A DNA stretch of 53,781 bases, filler included, from Sphacelaria rigidula (taxonomy: Eukaryota), in assembly GCA_964200075.2 (NCBI GenBank). It is 5 parts of 5 records of this genome, joined end to end, with 100 filler letters (N's around TTAATTAATTAA, not from the genome) between each part and the next. Parts side by side here need not be neighbours in the genome. Positions count along the whole stretch, not along the records: positions 32,331 to 43,006 come from CAXNAA020006098.1; positions 43,107 to 53,781 come from CAXNAA020006099.1; 3 more parts are not named here. One strand, written 5' to 3'. Every line of letters begins with the position of its first letter. Position 1 is the stretch's first letter. A model generated the notes under the pieces. It made no database searches. It was not told where the DNA came from and worked only from the letters and a program-made list of their open reading frames with translations. Below, one piece after another: positions 34,851 through 48,900 of this stretch. Position numbers and translations under genes: made by a program.

Positions 34851-37514
34851 CTGAATTCTGGAGCTGCCGTATGATGAATCACAGTAGCCCTCTAAGTCCA
34901 AGCTCTTGTCGGAGGTCGAGTAAGGGAAAGGTCCAGTTTTCCCTCCAAGTAGCAACACACACCCTTAACTACGGCCAAGTGAAGGATATTCGGCCTGCTC
35001 ATATGACGTGTTACCTGCGACACTAAATGCAATATCGAATCTTGTGCTCTGCGCCAGGAAAATGAGACTCCCAGTCATAGCATGATACTTCGTTTTCTCT
35101 GACGGCTCCAGGAGGGTGTCTTCAGATGCATCATCGACCAGTTGGTTTGGAGTTCCGGGTGTATAAGCCAAGTTAGGCGAGTCCATGCCAAACCTTTCAA
35201 GCAAAGGTTTTACGTGATCGTGCTGCGACAGGTTCAGAGTCCCTCGTGCTTCATCTATAATTACCTTCATACCAAGGATCAGAAGTACCGTTCCTAGCTC
35301 GGATATGAAGAACCTTGTCTTCAGCGTATCTTGCACATGCAGTAGATTGATGCACGGCCCTGTCATCAGCATGTCATCTACGAAAAATGCCAGTATCATG
35401 TATCTACCATGGGACGCTTTCGTGTGGACACATGAGTCGCTTGCGGTGGCGGAAAAACTTGTTTTCCACGACTCTGTGTCGATCGTAGAGTTTCATACCT
35501 TCGGGCTTTGTCTGAGTCCACAGAGAGCGCGACGAAGCTGCATCACATGCAATTCTCTTGCAATTAGATCTGGAGTCTCAAAGCCAGGCAGCTGTCTGCG
35601 AAACACCGTCTCTTGCAGTTTCTCATTCAGAAATACTGTTTTGACATCGAGGGTTAGAATGGGTCAATTTTTGGCAGTGGTAATTGCCAGTAGCAATCGC
35701 TGACATGCTAGCCGGCAAATGGGAGCGAATGCACTTTTGCAGTCGAGCCCATGCCTCTGACCCCATCTCTGAACCACCAGCCGAGCTTTGAATCGTCCAT
35801 TGGCTTTGACTTTGAAGCCCCATCACGTGTCGATGATGCTTTTGGTAGAAGGCACGGAACGGGCCGGGATTATGTCGGCCACCTGATGATTTTTATTGCT
35901 TTGAAGTTCGTCCAGCATAGCTGCTCTCCACTTTTTTGCATACGGCGACCAGGATGCTTGGCGATAATTACTAGGAACCGAAATGGACGCAGATGGTACG
36001 ACTTGTTCGACACCCACAGTTCCGATGTACTAGCATACAGATTCCAGTGTCGTAGTAGTTTGTAGATACTCTGTAGACGTGAAGGCTAGTCGCCGTAGTT
36101 CTGTCGCTTGATGTTGGTTAATAGGTGGACATGAGGGGTGGTTGACACCGCTAATTGAACGTAGTCTTATTGGGCTTACTGGCGGACCTTGGATTGGTGA
36201 AGTGTCGTTCATGTTGGTATCTTCCAGCTGGGCGATTCCGTCGTAGGTGTTGAGGTCGAAGTCGTTGACCCCGTCGTGCTGTTGATGATCATTTTCAGAA
36301 TGTCGGTCCCCGGGATGTCAGGTGTAGAATAATCTTCGTCACGGTAGGAAGCTCCGGCTGCGTGTTCGACGAAAGTAATATTCCGGGAGCTATATATCGT
36401 TCCCCAGTAACGGTTATAGATTCGGTAAGATGGGCATTGGGAATCATATTCTGCTTATACTCCTTCCCAAGCCTCTTCTTCCAATTTACTCTGGTACTGA
36501 TATTTGTGCACAAACGCCCTCAAACCGATGGTTCGCAAAAATGACAGTTTCGGTTGCTCGAGGAACGTCCGATGATATGGGGTGTCTCTGTCATTGCTTG
36601 TGTGTGGCAAGCAGTTGATTAAAACCCGCGCATTTGCCGCAATTTTCCCCGAAATAATCTTTGGTAGATTCGCTTCATTTAGAAGGCAGCTTGTGATTTT
36701 CAGGATAGTTTTTCCGTATGGCTCCGAGATGCCATCTTGTTGAGGTGTGTAGGGGGCTGTAAATTCTTGGAGAATATCCGTTGTTTTGCAGTATCTTCCG
36801 AAGTAGTCTGCAATATGTTCACCCCCGCGGTCTGACCGTAGGCGATGCACGCGGAGACCTAGAGGGATAGCCAGATCTTTGATGAACCGGCAAAGCGTAC
36901 GTAGGGTTTCGTCCTTTGTTTCGATAAAGTACCCCGCCTTGAATCGCGTGTAGTGATCCGTAAACTTCGTCATGTAAGGATAACCTCCCAGTGAAGTAGG
37001 TGGAATGAGTCCTAACAGATCAGTGCTGACCAGTTGCAGTCAATCCGACACAGTGGCGGAGTGGATGGTCTTGGGACGATCCTCCTGTACGCTCTTATTA
37101 ATTTTGCACGTTTCACAAGGTGATAGCGAACCTTCAAAACTCACGCCTGATTAGGGGAGAAATCATAGACGTCGCATGACCTGTTCCGTAGGATGTCCGA
37201 GTCGCTTGTGCCAAACGCCTGCTCCCACCGTGGTAGATAAAGGTGTCGAATCTTCAGCCATGCCTTGGACTGTTTCTGCCACAAAAATAGTGCCCATGCC
37301 CATACGTTCCCCTGACGCACGCAGTTGTGGCCGTCAGTACCGAGCTGTAGCTGATGGTCCCCGGTTTCTGAAAAATGTTCAAGTCGATGCAGTTAAGTGT
37401 TACATTGAAGTACCTATTGACAGGCTTTTCGAAGTTTCGAAGGTCTACGTGGGAGTTACTAATGTCAGGGAAATGGTATGTATAAATACAAGCAATCAGA
37501 CACAGATTTCCCTT

Positions 37515-38192
37515 TGTTGACAACTGCAGCAACTAGTCTCAGTCTGGGCAGTAACAGCAGTAGCAGTACAGGTGCAACCAAGAGAAGGATCTGACTAGTA
37601 CACGGGTTGCTGTATCTTCGTAGAACTTGCTGTAAGTATGCTGAATTCTTCTGGAAACACTTCCAGAACGTTCTTCGTAGATCTAGATGATTCTGGATTC
37701 TGTGTTTGTGGGGGAGTGTTGGAATATTCAACGTCAGTCATTGGTAACGACTACTACCTATCGTAGGTTATCGTAAACAAGTAAAAAATCATTTGAGTGT
37801 TCCAGGAATAGTCTGCGGTATATTCTGCGGTGCAGTATGTTTCCAGAACAAGTTGTCGGGGGATTAATCGGGAGTTATCGGTTGTAATATCTCGCGGGTG
37901 TTCTAGACGTGTGGAAGTTCTGGAAGTTCATTAGCTGATCGGTAGGGTCGCACACTTGGTGCTCGCCCGCCTGATCACTCTTCTCTACTACTTCTCTTCT
38001 TCATCACCATGAGCGAAACCTTGACTTCGGGAGTCAGTCAATAATAAACATATTCATTTCTTCAGTAAAATTATCTGATCGATCAAACCGTGGCCCGAGT
38101 GTAATCCTACGCGTTAGGCTACTCAGTCTACAAAGCACACGCAGCACAGCACCGCTGCAGCTGCAGGACGCTTTGCACTCTCCACTGAAACA
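37515..38192. mobile_element. Solo-LTR-like insertion (678 bp) nested in the copia pol
   Basis: Non-coding block with TGTT...AACA termini. It splits the host reading 'LFSPVEALTKGVS | KGNL' between protease and GAG-pre-integrase. It does not match the 287-bp host LTR, and no clean TSD is visible. Confidence 0.6.
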
Positions 38193-40031
38193 TTATTGGA
38201 AACACCCTTCGTCAGTGCTTCTACAGGCGAGAACAGAGCGCTGGTTCCCTTCAGAATCAGTGACGATGGTGTTGATAACGCCTCTTCCCCTATCATGTAG
38301 TACATGACGTCCGGCATTAAGGATACTCATAGGTGGATCAAGCTTTGCGTAGTCGAACATTTCTCGTTCGATATTCGGCAATAGCTGATCGTCTATGAAA
38401 TGCCCACTTGAGCCACTGTCAACGGCCATCTTAGAGGAAATTCCGTCGGGTGTACGGGGGTTGTCAGTGACATGTGAACAGGAAAGGAAGGAAAATCCCA
38501 TGCCGCTTGGTGGACATGTATCGATCACTGTTGCAGCTGAAGATGTTGAAAATTGTTGACCACGGTCATTCGATGGTACGGTCGCGGAAGCTGGATCGGC
38601 GATGGCAGTAATACCTTGACGTTGATGTCCGTCGAAGTTGTTGCTGCTGATGTTGCTGTTTTTGCTGCAATGACGGGGGTTGCTACGACGGTGATAATTA
38701 TTATTGCTGTTTCCGGTTTTGCTGCCCACGCTCCTATTGCTCAGTTGGTTTTTACACTCGGAGTCGTCGCGCTTGTCAGTATGGTGGAAACTACACATTT
38801 CAAAGGCCTGGCTGCCTTCTGGAACGACAGTCACCCATGCGGTGGCCTGGTTTCCCGCAAGAGTAGAATTTTCCACGAATTTTCGAGGATTTTCGATTAG
38901 TTCGGCATTGATGCCGCCAACATTGCTGAATCACGGCCATGCGATCTGCTAGCAGTGATTTTGGGCGCCATGCGATTAGCATACATATCGCGCACTACTG
39001 TTTTCATGCCCTCAACGCTGAAATCCGGGTTGCGTTCAGCGTTACTTGAGCTGAATATAATCGCTGGTTTGATCTTCAATTACTGTCAGTCAATGCCTCT
39101 TCCGAGAAAACCTCGATTATGTGGACAAGCTCTTCTCGAAGTTGATATACTTTCGCGAGAAAGACAATCGGATTTTGCCTTGGTGACATGGTGATGCAGT
39201 CCAGTTGAGTCATAAAAATGCGGCGTCTCGATCTGTTTGGAGGAATTATGGTTTTTAGCTACTAGACCTTCCCACGCACGTTTGCCGTTTGGTTTCTCTG
39301 AACCCTTCAGCTGAGAACGCAAAAGAAATTTGCCGCTGAACCAGTTGTCGATAGATACAAAACGATGAACAACTGTCTGTTACACCGGTCCCAGCTTTTC
39401 ATGTCACGCATGTTGAAGATTTGCCTCGACTGCGACGCCACGCTGGGATGACCAGCCACTTCTCGCGCAGGATGTTAGGCCTGATCAGTAGTTTCAGTCT
39501 CACCCGCCGCTGATGTTGCCTCGCTCCTCGCGGGCGCTCCCACCAGTGATGAACGCGAACGAGCGGACGGCTGCTGGCGGCTTCTGAAATGGGTCTCAAG
39601 GGGGCTTGTTCTCGATGTTGATCTGGCAGCTGGTTATGGCAAGCCTACCTCAGGAAAAGCTTTTTCGTGAATTTCCGTGAGGCGTTCAACACCGTTAAGA
39701 ATCTCAGAAATCCCCGGATAAGTCAAAGAAATGATGGCGCGCGTAGCGCGCGTCCACTCGACGAACTCCGCACCGTCGAACTTGTTGATACTCTTGATGA
39801 GCTGAGTTACAGATGGCTCTCCCAACACATTCATCTGCCTCAGATTGTTCGTAAATTTCTTTTCACACCGGTAGATCTTTTTTGAAAATATCTGGTTTCT
39901 TGATCTTCTGGCTGTCGCTGCTGGCTGTCGCTGCTGAGACGACGTTGTAGTGACGTCTGCTCACTCGTGCTGACCGACGTAGTCTCGAATCGAAGACTGA
40001 TGACCTGATGACCGACGTGGTCGCGAATCGA

Positions 40032-40043
40032 AGGCTAGTAACC
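40032..40043 (-). promoter_or_regulatory. Primer-binding site of the copia element
   Basis: GGTTACTAGCCT directly abuts the LTR terminal CA. It resembles the GGTTA-starting half-tRNA(iMet) PBS class of Drosophila copia and yeast Ty5 rather than a TGG-type PBS. Confidence 0.6.
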
Positions 40044-40330
40044 TGTTGGAAATATTGGCTCGTGCTGGGCGGTACTGTCCTCGAGACAGACCGACTACCG
40101 TCACGCGGACAGCAGTGTATGATAGAGGCTTGCACGATAGCCGTTAAGCTATGACGCGATGTACAGCGACAAGAGAGAGAAAGGTCAGATGGAGCTGAAG
40201 GAACGAAGGAGAGTGGTTGTGTGGGGGGCCTGGGTGGCTGAGTCCAAGCATCCTCAATCCTGGAACAAAAAGGCGAATCCGTACACGTACGTAAGACCAG
40301 GTTACTGTACAATATATAATCCAATCAACA
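40044..40330 (-). repeat. 5' LTR of the copia element (287 bp)
   Basis: Bounded by TGTTG...CAACA and followed immediately on the minus strand by a PBS-like GGTTACTAGCC, then gag. Confidence 0.75.
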
Positions 40331-43006
40331 TTGCTACTGCTGGCGCGGTAGCTTTGCCAGCTTTTAGCTTAGATCAATTAAAACCTCACCCACACCATAT
40401 ATTTCAGCTGACGTGGCCTAGATACTCTGCCAGAGTATCTTTCTTTGACAAATCATGGCGACACGCCTACTCCAGCAACATTCTACTTGAAATGTCACTC
40501 AGACAAGTAGACTATAAATTACCACAGACGAGGTGCTCCGTGAAAACGATACGTGGTTCGTGATTCCCTTGAATCGTCATAAATCGTACCGCTTATCTTG
40601 CTGCAGCAACTTTATTCAAACGCAATGAATATAGATTGTATAATCTGGATTCTCAACACCGCTTACCGTATTCGTTGCTCGTTGATTCGCAGTCCTATTG
40701 AGTGCCAAGTAATGCAATTGGGCAATGAGAAACGGGTCGGGCCTCCTCCTAGCATCGCAAAACACGAGAACTCCTCAACACATGAAACACAAAAAATTCT
40801 CAGTAAAACACAAGAAAGACTCGTCGCTGTGATGAGTAGATCTCATCAACTACCGCGGGGCAAAATGGCCTAGTAAAAAACATGACAACATCGAACTTGT
40901 CGCCCGCATCAGTCTGTCTCATCTCCGTAGATCTGTTCATCGCTACATCTATCTGGTACTGGTTCGAGTCTCTCTTACACTGCATCGAACAAGTGCCGTC
41001 TCGGTAGAGCCTGCCGTGATATGAATCGTGGCGTTTTTATTGTTGGAGGATGAAGGTGCACGTGCGTGGATTCAGCTGGGCGCAGCTCGAAGGACGTGGA
41101 ATCACCTAGGAAGGCCGTCGGGGGCTGTGATACTTTTGAATGACGCCATCAGTACTCGACACTCTGCGAAACGGACACGTGAGAGTATGGACGTTGCAAA
41201 TATCGCGAACGCGTTGACATGAGCGGCAATGACAAGTAACGGGCGTCGGCTAGGCTCGTACCGATTATGCTAGCATAAGTTCGAGCATAATCACACCTCG
41301 GTAGCATGAACAGGATGGTGTTTCGGCGAGTACCATTGAGAAGGATCATCCCCATATTCAGGAGCATAAAAAACACGATTCGACACCTCAGGGGTTGTCA
41401 CGGTGGCCTACATGCTAGCCTGCTGCAATATTTTGGCCGAAAAATCTCATACAGAGATCGACCCCGGGTCTGAAGTATGTGCTAACGTAAAATTGTAAAA
41501 ATAAAACTTTAGCACAGGATAGTAGCGCAAGGCAATGTTTTCATGGGCACGGGTTTTGTGCTTACGAAAGTGATCGATGCTGACTGCATATCGTTCTTTC
41601 AGCTCTCGCCCTGCTACCGCCCTGGACTATAGCTAGCTAACGGGGAGAAATGAAGCCCAGACCAGGCCCGAACACCAAAAGACCAAACATTGCGATCTTG
41701 TTGAGCTTTCTGCGGCATATAGGGCTTGAGTATCGAACGTGCATCCATCGAAAAACCCAGATAAAATCCGCTCAAGAATAATAGAAAACAACGACAAAAA
41801 TGCCGATTTCGCTTCAATTATTTCATAACGACCCGTACCTATGAAGCCGGTGCCTGCGTGCTGGAACTAGTACACTCGCTGATGAACTGATAAGCTGCTC
41901 TTTTGATCGACCGCGGGTCTGGAAAAATATGCTCCCACCAGCCCCACCGACGACACCCAGCACGTGCTGTACTTTACATCTAGGAGACCAGCACAGCATA
42001 CGATGACAAACAATGCGAGTGACGGCGAAACAGAGATGCCAAACACTGTCGATATGTCCATCAGGCGTAGGATGTGGGTGATAGGCCAACGTTTTTGTCA
42101 TTCGTTTTTCGTATCCTACTTTTCGTTTGTGTTTCGTTCTTTGCTTTTGTACTTTCTCTCATTTCTTCATTATTTACAGAGTTCGCTTTCAATGTTATGG
42201 AGACATTTACAGAGGATACAATTCATCATCTGTGACATTCATTGGGGGTAGCCATGCTCCAAGGCGTGCAATATACCGAGACTGGAGGGGCAGACGTTCT
42301 TGGAAGAGAGCTGCTGTCCACATCAGCACGGCAAGGCGGCGCTACAGACCTACACCATCACTGAGGCAGCTGGATGGGAAAGGATGCGTGTCACTGCGGA
42401 ACGAGGAAGATATCAAAACGCGAAATGTAACGCGGCGCGGAAATACGCGACGAACTGACACTGTGTGTTCCTAGCCGCAGTACAACGAGCATTGTAGCAC
42501 TCACTATACGATGCGAACCACGCCTCGGCTGGGCTAGAATACCCGCGACCTATTCGTGAAAATTGCAACTTGCAACTTGCACGAAGTCTCATTCTGGAAC
42601 CAAGTGAAACGTATAAAAAATAAAAACTTCGCAATAGAGCGACCACGCGCCAATATGCGGCAGTGGTAATATTCCGGCACCGCCATAAGTTGGAATGTAT
42701 ACCTTTTTGTTGTTCGAACTTCTGGAGGCGTTCTTTCCAGAGGCAGTGTACGCATAATATAGGGGGTGCATAAGTTCTGTTACAGTATTACACCTGTACC
42801 TCGCCCATGAGGCACTCAAGTCGGCGCACTAGAATGCACCGGTGCGTACCAATACTTACTTAGTCCATGAGGTACTCATACTCGGCGCACCGGTTTGTAC
42901 GCTTATTGCAAACTTGTAGCAGCGACGAGATCTATGCAATAACAACAAATTGTGCGAATTGAGGTTTAACTTCGAGATGAGGCTCAAGCCTAAAACAGTG
43001 CTTTCC

Positions 43007-43106
43007 NNNNNNNNNNNNNNNNNNNNNNNNNNNNNNNNNNNNNNNNNNNNTTAATTAATTAANNNNNNNNNNNNNNNNNNNNNNNNNNNNNNNNNNNNNN
43101 NNNNNN
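43007..43106. other. Scaffold gap with artificial linker
   Basis: Same 100-bp N/linker block. Confidence 0.97.
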
Positions 43107-44949
43107 ATGAGCTTGGAGGGGCGGTGTGTCCGTCATCTCAGCGGTCTCCATGCCAAGGATCTCTGTACACGGCAGCCGACCGCATCCGCCAACGCCCCGG
43201 CAATAAACTAGGGGACAGCGGGCTGGGCGTCCCCCCTCCCCTCAAAAACTCGAATTTGCGATCTTGGGGCCTACGTGTTCCGAAATATATTTCTTGACAG
43301 ACCCTTGGAGTCTCGGAAATAATAACGAGGAGGGGCTTGCCAACAGGATCATAGATAGCTACGACTGTAGAAGAAAGCCAGGGGTCACCAAAGGAAGGTG
43401 TTCTTGTAGAACGCATGGAGCAGGTCATGTCGGTCACCACTCAGATTGCCATCTGAAGAAAAGAGTGCGGCGCGGCTATCGTTTGGCGTTGCGGGGAAGA
43501 CAGGCGGCTGATGAAGATAGCTTCAACTGTCTAGTATGGAATTGGAGCCTAGCGGCAGCGTAAAGTCAGTCGATTATGTTTTTTTGTGGTTTCATTTTCG
43601 TTCATTTCCTGTTCGTCTGGGCGTTTGTCGTGTTCCTGTATTCTGTTTTTTGTTCTCTTGCTTGTCTTTGTTCATGTTTTATTTTACACTGCTAAGTTCT
43701 TGTTCCTGTCCATTTTGTTGCGTGTCTGCTACTCCTCCAGTGATACGTGGACGCATGCTGACGTATGAAAGTGTTTCAAGACTATACCGAACATAATCTA
43801 CGATGGTGTGCAAGCTGGGGACAACTGCTTTTTCGCCCGAGATGGTTATTTCAAGTTGGTGAAGTATACCCAAGTTTTGCCCGTCTACTCAACGTGATTT
43901 TCCACAGGACTTAACGCCGCTGCTAAACCCACAGACCATGTGCAATTCTGAGTGTACTAGTCAGTGTCAGAGGACAAACACACATGGTGCTTCGTGGTTA
44001 ACGTATTAACCCTTTGGTCAAGCTTTGCCCACGGAAAGTATGAGATGATCACTCCACGAGCAACCGTATACCAAAATCAGGACATAGGCAGCCCGCTTCG
44101 TACGACCTGGGTCAGCTGTAAATTTATGAAGACCCCCACAACCATATCTCATTGCCGCAGGCGAACTAGGTCGCGTGATCTGCAAATGTCTGATCAAGGG
44201 GCAGATACCCATTTTGTCAGCAGCCCGGTCAGATGCTTGCTCGTTTGTTTAACGCCATGTCGAGTACATCCCGTGACGTGCGGAGATATCTCGATGCTAT
44301 TAATAAAGTCTACACGAAACCCCATCGCAATAGAATCAGTGGATGACGCTGGTTTTTGTTGTGGGCATTCTTTGGGGCACAAGGAAACGTTCAATGCCCT
44401 AACCTTCGTCTCAACCGTGATCTATCGAGGGATACGGCGCCTACAAGATTCCGTACTACACCACCAAAAAGGTAGTGCGTGGAGAGGCACTAAATTTGGG
44501 TTATGCAGCTCGGTTTTGAAAGTCGTGCTTTGAAATTTGGTATAGAGTATCGGAAGGGCGAACAAATGTATATGCGTTTGGTACGTTCAAGTACGTTGAG
44601 CCCTTTCTCGTAAGTCACGGGCGTCACTATGAAAAAGTATATTGTTTCTTGCCCTTAACTCATTGACAAATTAATGGACGAAATGTGCGTGTATTTTGCC
44701 CTCGCGACATTCCTCACCAAGTTTCGAAGCACGACTGACTCTAAAAATCTAGGTGAGAAATCCAGTACGAGATACGGATCTGTCTTAAGTCTTGTCTAGG
44801 CCGCATGGATAAGGAAAAAATAAAAATATCGCGGAAAAATGACCTTTTTTGATGATTCGTCGCTGATTTTGGTCCTCGAAAGAAAATCTTCCCGGAAATA
44901 CTTTCTGAGATCGGGCAAGCACTCTTACCAATACCTGGGTGGGTATCTA

Positions 44950-45900
44950 ATTTGTGTGTCGGATGCTCATATCTAAGGATTGCTTGCAGTCTTTGCTTCG
45001 GGGTACACATCGGAGGTGAAAACAATGCAGGTCGATCTGCATGCAAGGTGGGTATACCCGGTTGTCACAAGTATACTTCACCGTGTGTTTCCTGTTCGGA
45101 TTCGGAATGGTGTTCAGAGTTTACATTCAGACGCAGCACGGGGACCACCCGCGGCACAAATGATTTCAATCCAGAGGTACGGTGGGTCTGCATGGAGGAG
45201 AATTTCAACAGTGGTTGGTAACCCTACAATCCATTCCTCTACTTCTCAACTTCAGCAGCAAAAGGATCTGCAGCGACTGTCAATCGGTACAATAGGTGGT
45301 GTACTACTGGGGAAAGTATGGAGAAAGGTGCAAACATATGTAATCCGAGAGCCAGGGGGAGGCATCTCATCTGGCATCTTTCGGCGTACAGAACCCGAAG
45401 TGTTGGGAGATTCGCAGATTCTCAATGCTGCTTCAAGGTCCCCTATCCCTGGACTTGTGTATGCACCCAGTGACCGCCATGTCGGAGGATGCGTCGCGTC
45501 TGTGAAGTAGAGCTAGCCCCCAGGAGTCTCGCAACAGCCAGAGAGCCCACTTCCCGATGTGAGTCTTCCCTGATCCTTTCATTCCTCCGATTGTATCGTC
45601 TTTCACGTGATGGGTTATTGTTTAGGTCTTGTGCTTTTTGAAAACAGCGTGTGGGTCGCCCGAATTCAATTCTTTTGCGGCCATGAATGGGCTTGCCTTC
45701 GCTGCATCTGTGACCTGGGGCTCTCTTGGCCGAGCGCAATGCAGCACATATGCGCAAACTCCATTGCACCTAGTTCAGGAGTGGCATACTAAGGCTATGC
45801 TTCGAGATATGGGCAATGCCTACGTTCAGTTAGTTGTCGGGAGTGATGCCCATCTTGGTGGCGAATGATGCGAGTAGCATGTGATGGGTGTGTCGTTTGA
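44950..45900 (+). mobile_element. Possible very old copia RT/RNase H relic
   Basis: Weak fragments: TEPEVLGD and WHTKAMLRDMG...QLVVGSDAHLGGE (compare 'K..LRYL...L.G.SDAD.AGD'). Confidence 0.25.
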
Positions 45901-48900
45901 ATGGAAGGCCAACACCAACTGGGCGGAGACCGGTGCAAGAGGGCGTGATGTGGCGAGGCACGCCTATCTACAAACACCGTCTTCTTTAGTTCAAAATCAC
46001 CTACACGTATCATCATGACGTAATGTCAGTAGCTCGTCCTTCCGCCGTTCTCTCGTACCGTACCGTACAAACAGTTCTCTGTACCGTTTATTCATGGAGT
46101 CCAACAGCTTTATGTATTGAACAATGAAATCCGACACTATGACTGCGGTGCAGATAAGTACAAAGATGAACAACGAAGACGGTTGTTACAGTATGTCGAA
46201 TTACCGGACCGTACGATGAACAGGCGGTCTACACTGACCAACACTGCAGACGGTTCAGAAGTACACATGGTTCGCGGGTAGTGTGAATGAAGACAACGCT
46301 ACTGTACTATGTCTATATTTCATATCATCTTGCCGCTTGCGAGCTCATACACAGGCAGTGACGGTTGTGCGTGAATTTGTCAGCTTTTGGCTCGGTCATG
46401 CACCCACCGCGGCAGTGGGCTCTGGACATGTTGCTACCTTTCGGTATTAGCGGACGTCGTACCTGCCTGTTGTGAGCCTTTTGGTAGCGGGGAGTTTCCC
46501 TGTTTCATCTCGCATGTACTTGTCGTGTGATCTCTCTCGTGATGGCCAGTCTCACCTCGAGCTTTCCTCGGGTAGAATGAAGAATGAACCTATACCCAGT
46601 AGTACTATACGGATGCCGCTTGCAACAGTTGCTGTTTTTGGCTATGAAACTGTGAACCATTTGAGTGTGTACTGATGCGAACTGCTACTTCTACGAGCGG
46701 TGAGAGCGTGTTCCCCGGGTACTCCCGTCACACGCAGTAACGCGTATACTATAATATTTGCAGAGTGGCTTCCACCCTGCTGTCTCAGAGCAGGGTGAAA
46801 AATTCAGGTTGGGGATGGCTCGTGCATCACGTGTAGCACACGGGCTCGGTAAAGCTGTCGCCCTTGACGCTAAGACTATCATTTCTTGTATCTAGTGGCG
46901 GTATGGGTGTGCGGTCGTCCATTCAGCATGGGGTCACGAAATAGATAACTTGTGCGCAACATCTCCCACCCCTTACCCCCTTGATAACACTGGGAGAGTG
47001 ATCGGCTATGGCATATCATTCTGCTGTCATCAGACCTGTGGTCGCATCGGGGACGGTACATTGTACCCATCTGCTCATGAATTATATTTTCAATTTTACT
47101 TGACTCAACAGATGACCTACGCTCGCAGTCGAAGGTTCGATTGCAAAGAGTATTTTTATCTGTAGTGAACGAGGAGCAACTGCATCCTTGTTATGTGATG
47201 GTACTGAATCCGAAAATCGTAGTTCAACATATTTTGGCAGCTACACGATTTTAGCAGCTACGCGGCCCATACGCCGCTGAAAGTTGTGCAGTGGGAACTT
47301 TTGAAGCGTCGCGCTGTTGTTGCGCCAAAATAAAAAATATAACATTTTTCGGAACAGAATTTGACCGCTTTTGCCCCTAGTGCGCACTGCTGCAACGCCA
47401 AGCACCAGATATGATGATATGGAACTTTTGACTGTGGTTCTCATAACATATTGCCGACGTTACAGCACCTGTCAGCGTCTACAGCGCGCGTAGGGAAGTG
47501 CGTCGTGGACTGCGCACCTACCTCGCAGACAAAATGCCGATCGGCATACTACCGATGGTCATGATCCAGAAAGGGCCGCAGTACAGACCGGTGTCAGTTT
47601 GGTAGAATATCGGCAACCCAGCCACTGAAGATGTCGAAGTTTGTGGACGTGCGGGTGCATATATGCATTCATATCTTGTGCACGGAGTCTGAACTGCGGG
47701 ATAGCCGCTTGGAGGGCGCATCGACAGCATTACCCGAAATTGCCTGTGGCCATGTTGTGCATATGTTGCCTGTGTTGTGTCCGACTTTTGCGCAAAGTTT
47801 CATGAGGGAACGCGAAGTTGCAGGCGAGGAATTCACAACGAAAGTTGCTCTGAAAATTGGAAGTTTGAGTTTATCGTATGAGAAAGTATCCAAGTAAACA
47901 CGAGATTCGGTTACGGTCTGGTTACGCCGCATGTCGGATGTGGTTACGCAGTATTACGGTACTGTCGAATGCAGTACAGACAGCACAGGTATTTCGTTGC
48001 ATCAGCAACTATATTGCACTTCACAATGGTCGAGCCAGAGGTTTCAGACTTTCATGCCACCAGCTGCGCCGCCAGGCATGCATGCAAACGATCATGCCGT
48101 TCTCATTTGTGCCGAAAGCATCTGAGATGCTTCTTTTTCAGACGGATTGCGCACTCCATGCTTTACTCCCTAGGCGTGGTGATGGGCGTGTACGCGAACC
48201 GTGGCCGCCAACTATCGGCGTACCATGGGGCCCACGAGGCACCCTTACCGAGCAACACCATGCACACCACCGAACGCGGGACATTGTCACGTTTTCAGCC
48301 GGCAACTTACGCCGACGATTCAGTCTTGAACATAATTTTTTTAGATATGCCGCGTGTTGGGCCGTAGGTCATTCCCGGGGAGCTCCTGGCTCGTGTGGAT
48401 CATATCTCGTCTGGAGATGCTCCGAGCTGATATCTTACACGATGACTCTTGTACGCGAAAATCGGCATATATTTTACATTTGTTTTCTGGCGCAACACTG
48501 CTCGTCGCTGGTCGATGTCTTGCTGCAACCGTGAGTTTTTTGTTTTGCTGTGTATAGGCTCACTAGTAGAGATCACTGAGGTTTGAAGAATTATTACCAC
48601 AGGGGTTTCGTGCCCCGTGATCCATGGTGGCGTAGCTGATGACTACATCACACACCCTGTCATCACTCTCCAGACCTGGCTAGAAAAGACAGTATGACCT
48701 CAATTGCGTTCACCAATGTGACCACCCTCTCACCGACGAGTGCTTGATATCCCATACCCGTGAAACAACACCCAAGATGATGATGTTTCCTTCGAATGTT
48801 GAACTCTCGGAAAGTTGTGCTGCGTGATGTCGGTCTGCGGGGGTCAACCTTCGTTCCGTTTTGTGGTTATCGGAGGTGCTTTGTACGCTGATGATTTGAT

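Larger units (their letters stand above)
34963..40330 (-). mobile_element. Decayed Ty1/copia LTR retrotransposon, 3'-truncated (no RNase H or 3' LTR seen)
   Basis: Frameshifted fragments in copia order: gag (39086-39834); zinc knuckle remnant (YSCGKPGHRMGDC, ~38830-38870); protease (MAVDSGSSGHF, ~38400-38430); GAG-pre-integrase (WHKRLGHP, ~37200); integrase (FTDHYTRF...LRSDRGGE...PYTPQQDGISE, 36455-36973); RT (KWRAAMLDEL..., FFVDDMLMTG, STRFDIAF, 34965-36000). Confidence 0.93.

Noticed and set aside
40600..44600. Numerous short ORFs, e.g. 43964-44533 and 42127-42474
   Set aside because: No recognisable domains or consistent splice-compatible chain. Treated as chance ORFs or unidentifiable relics.
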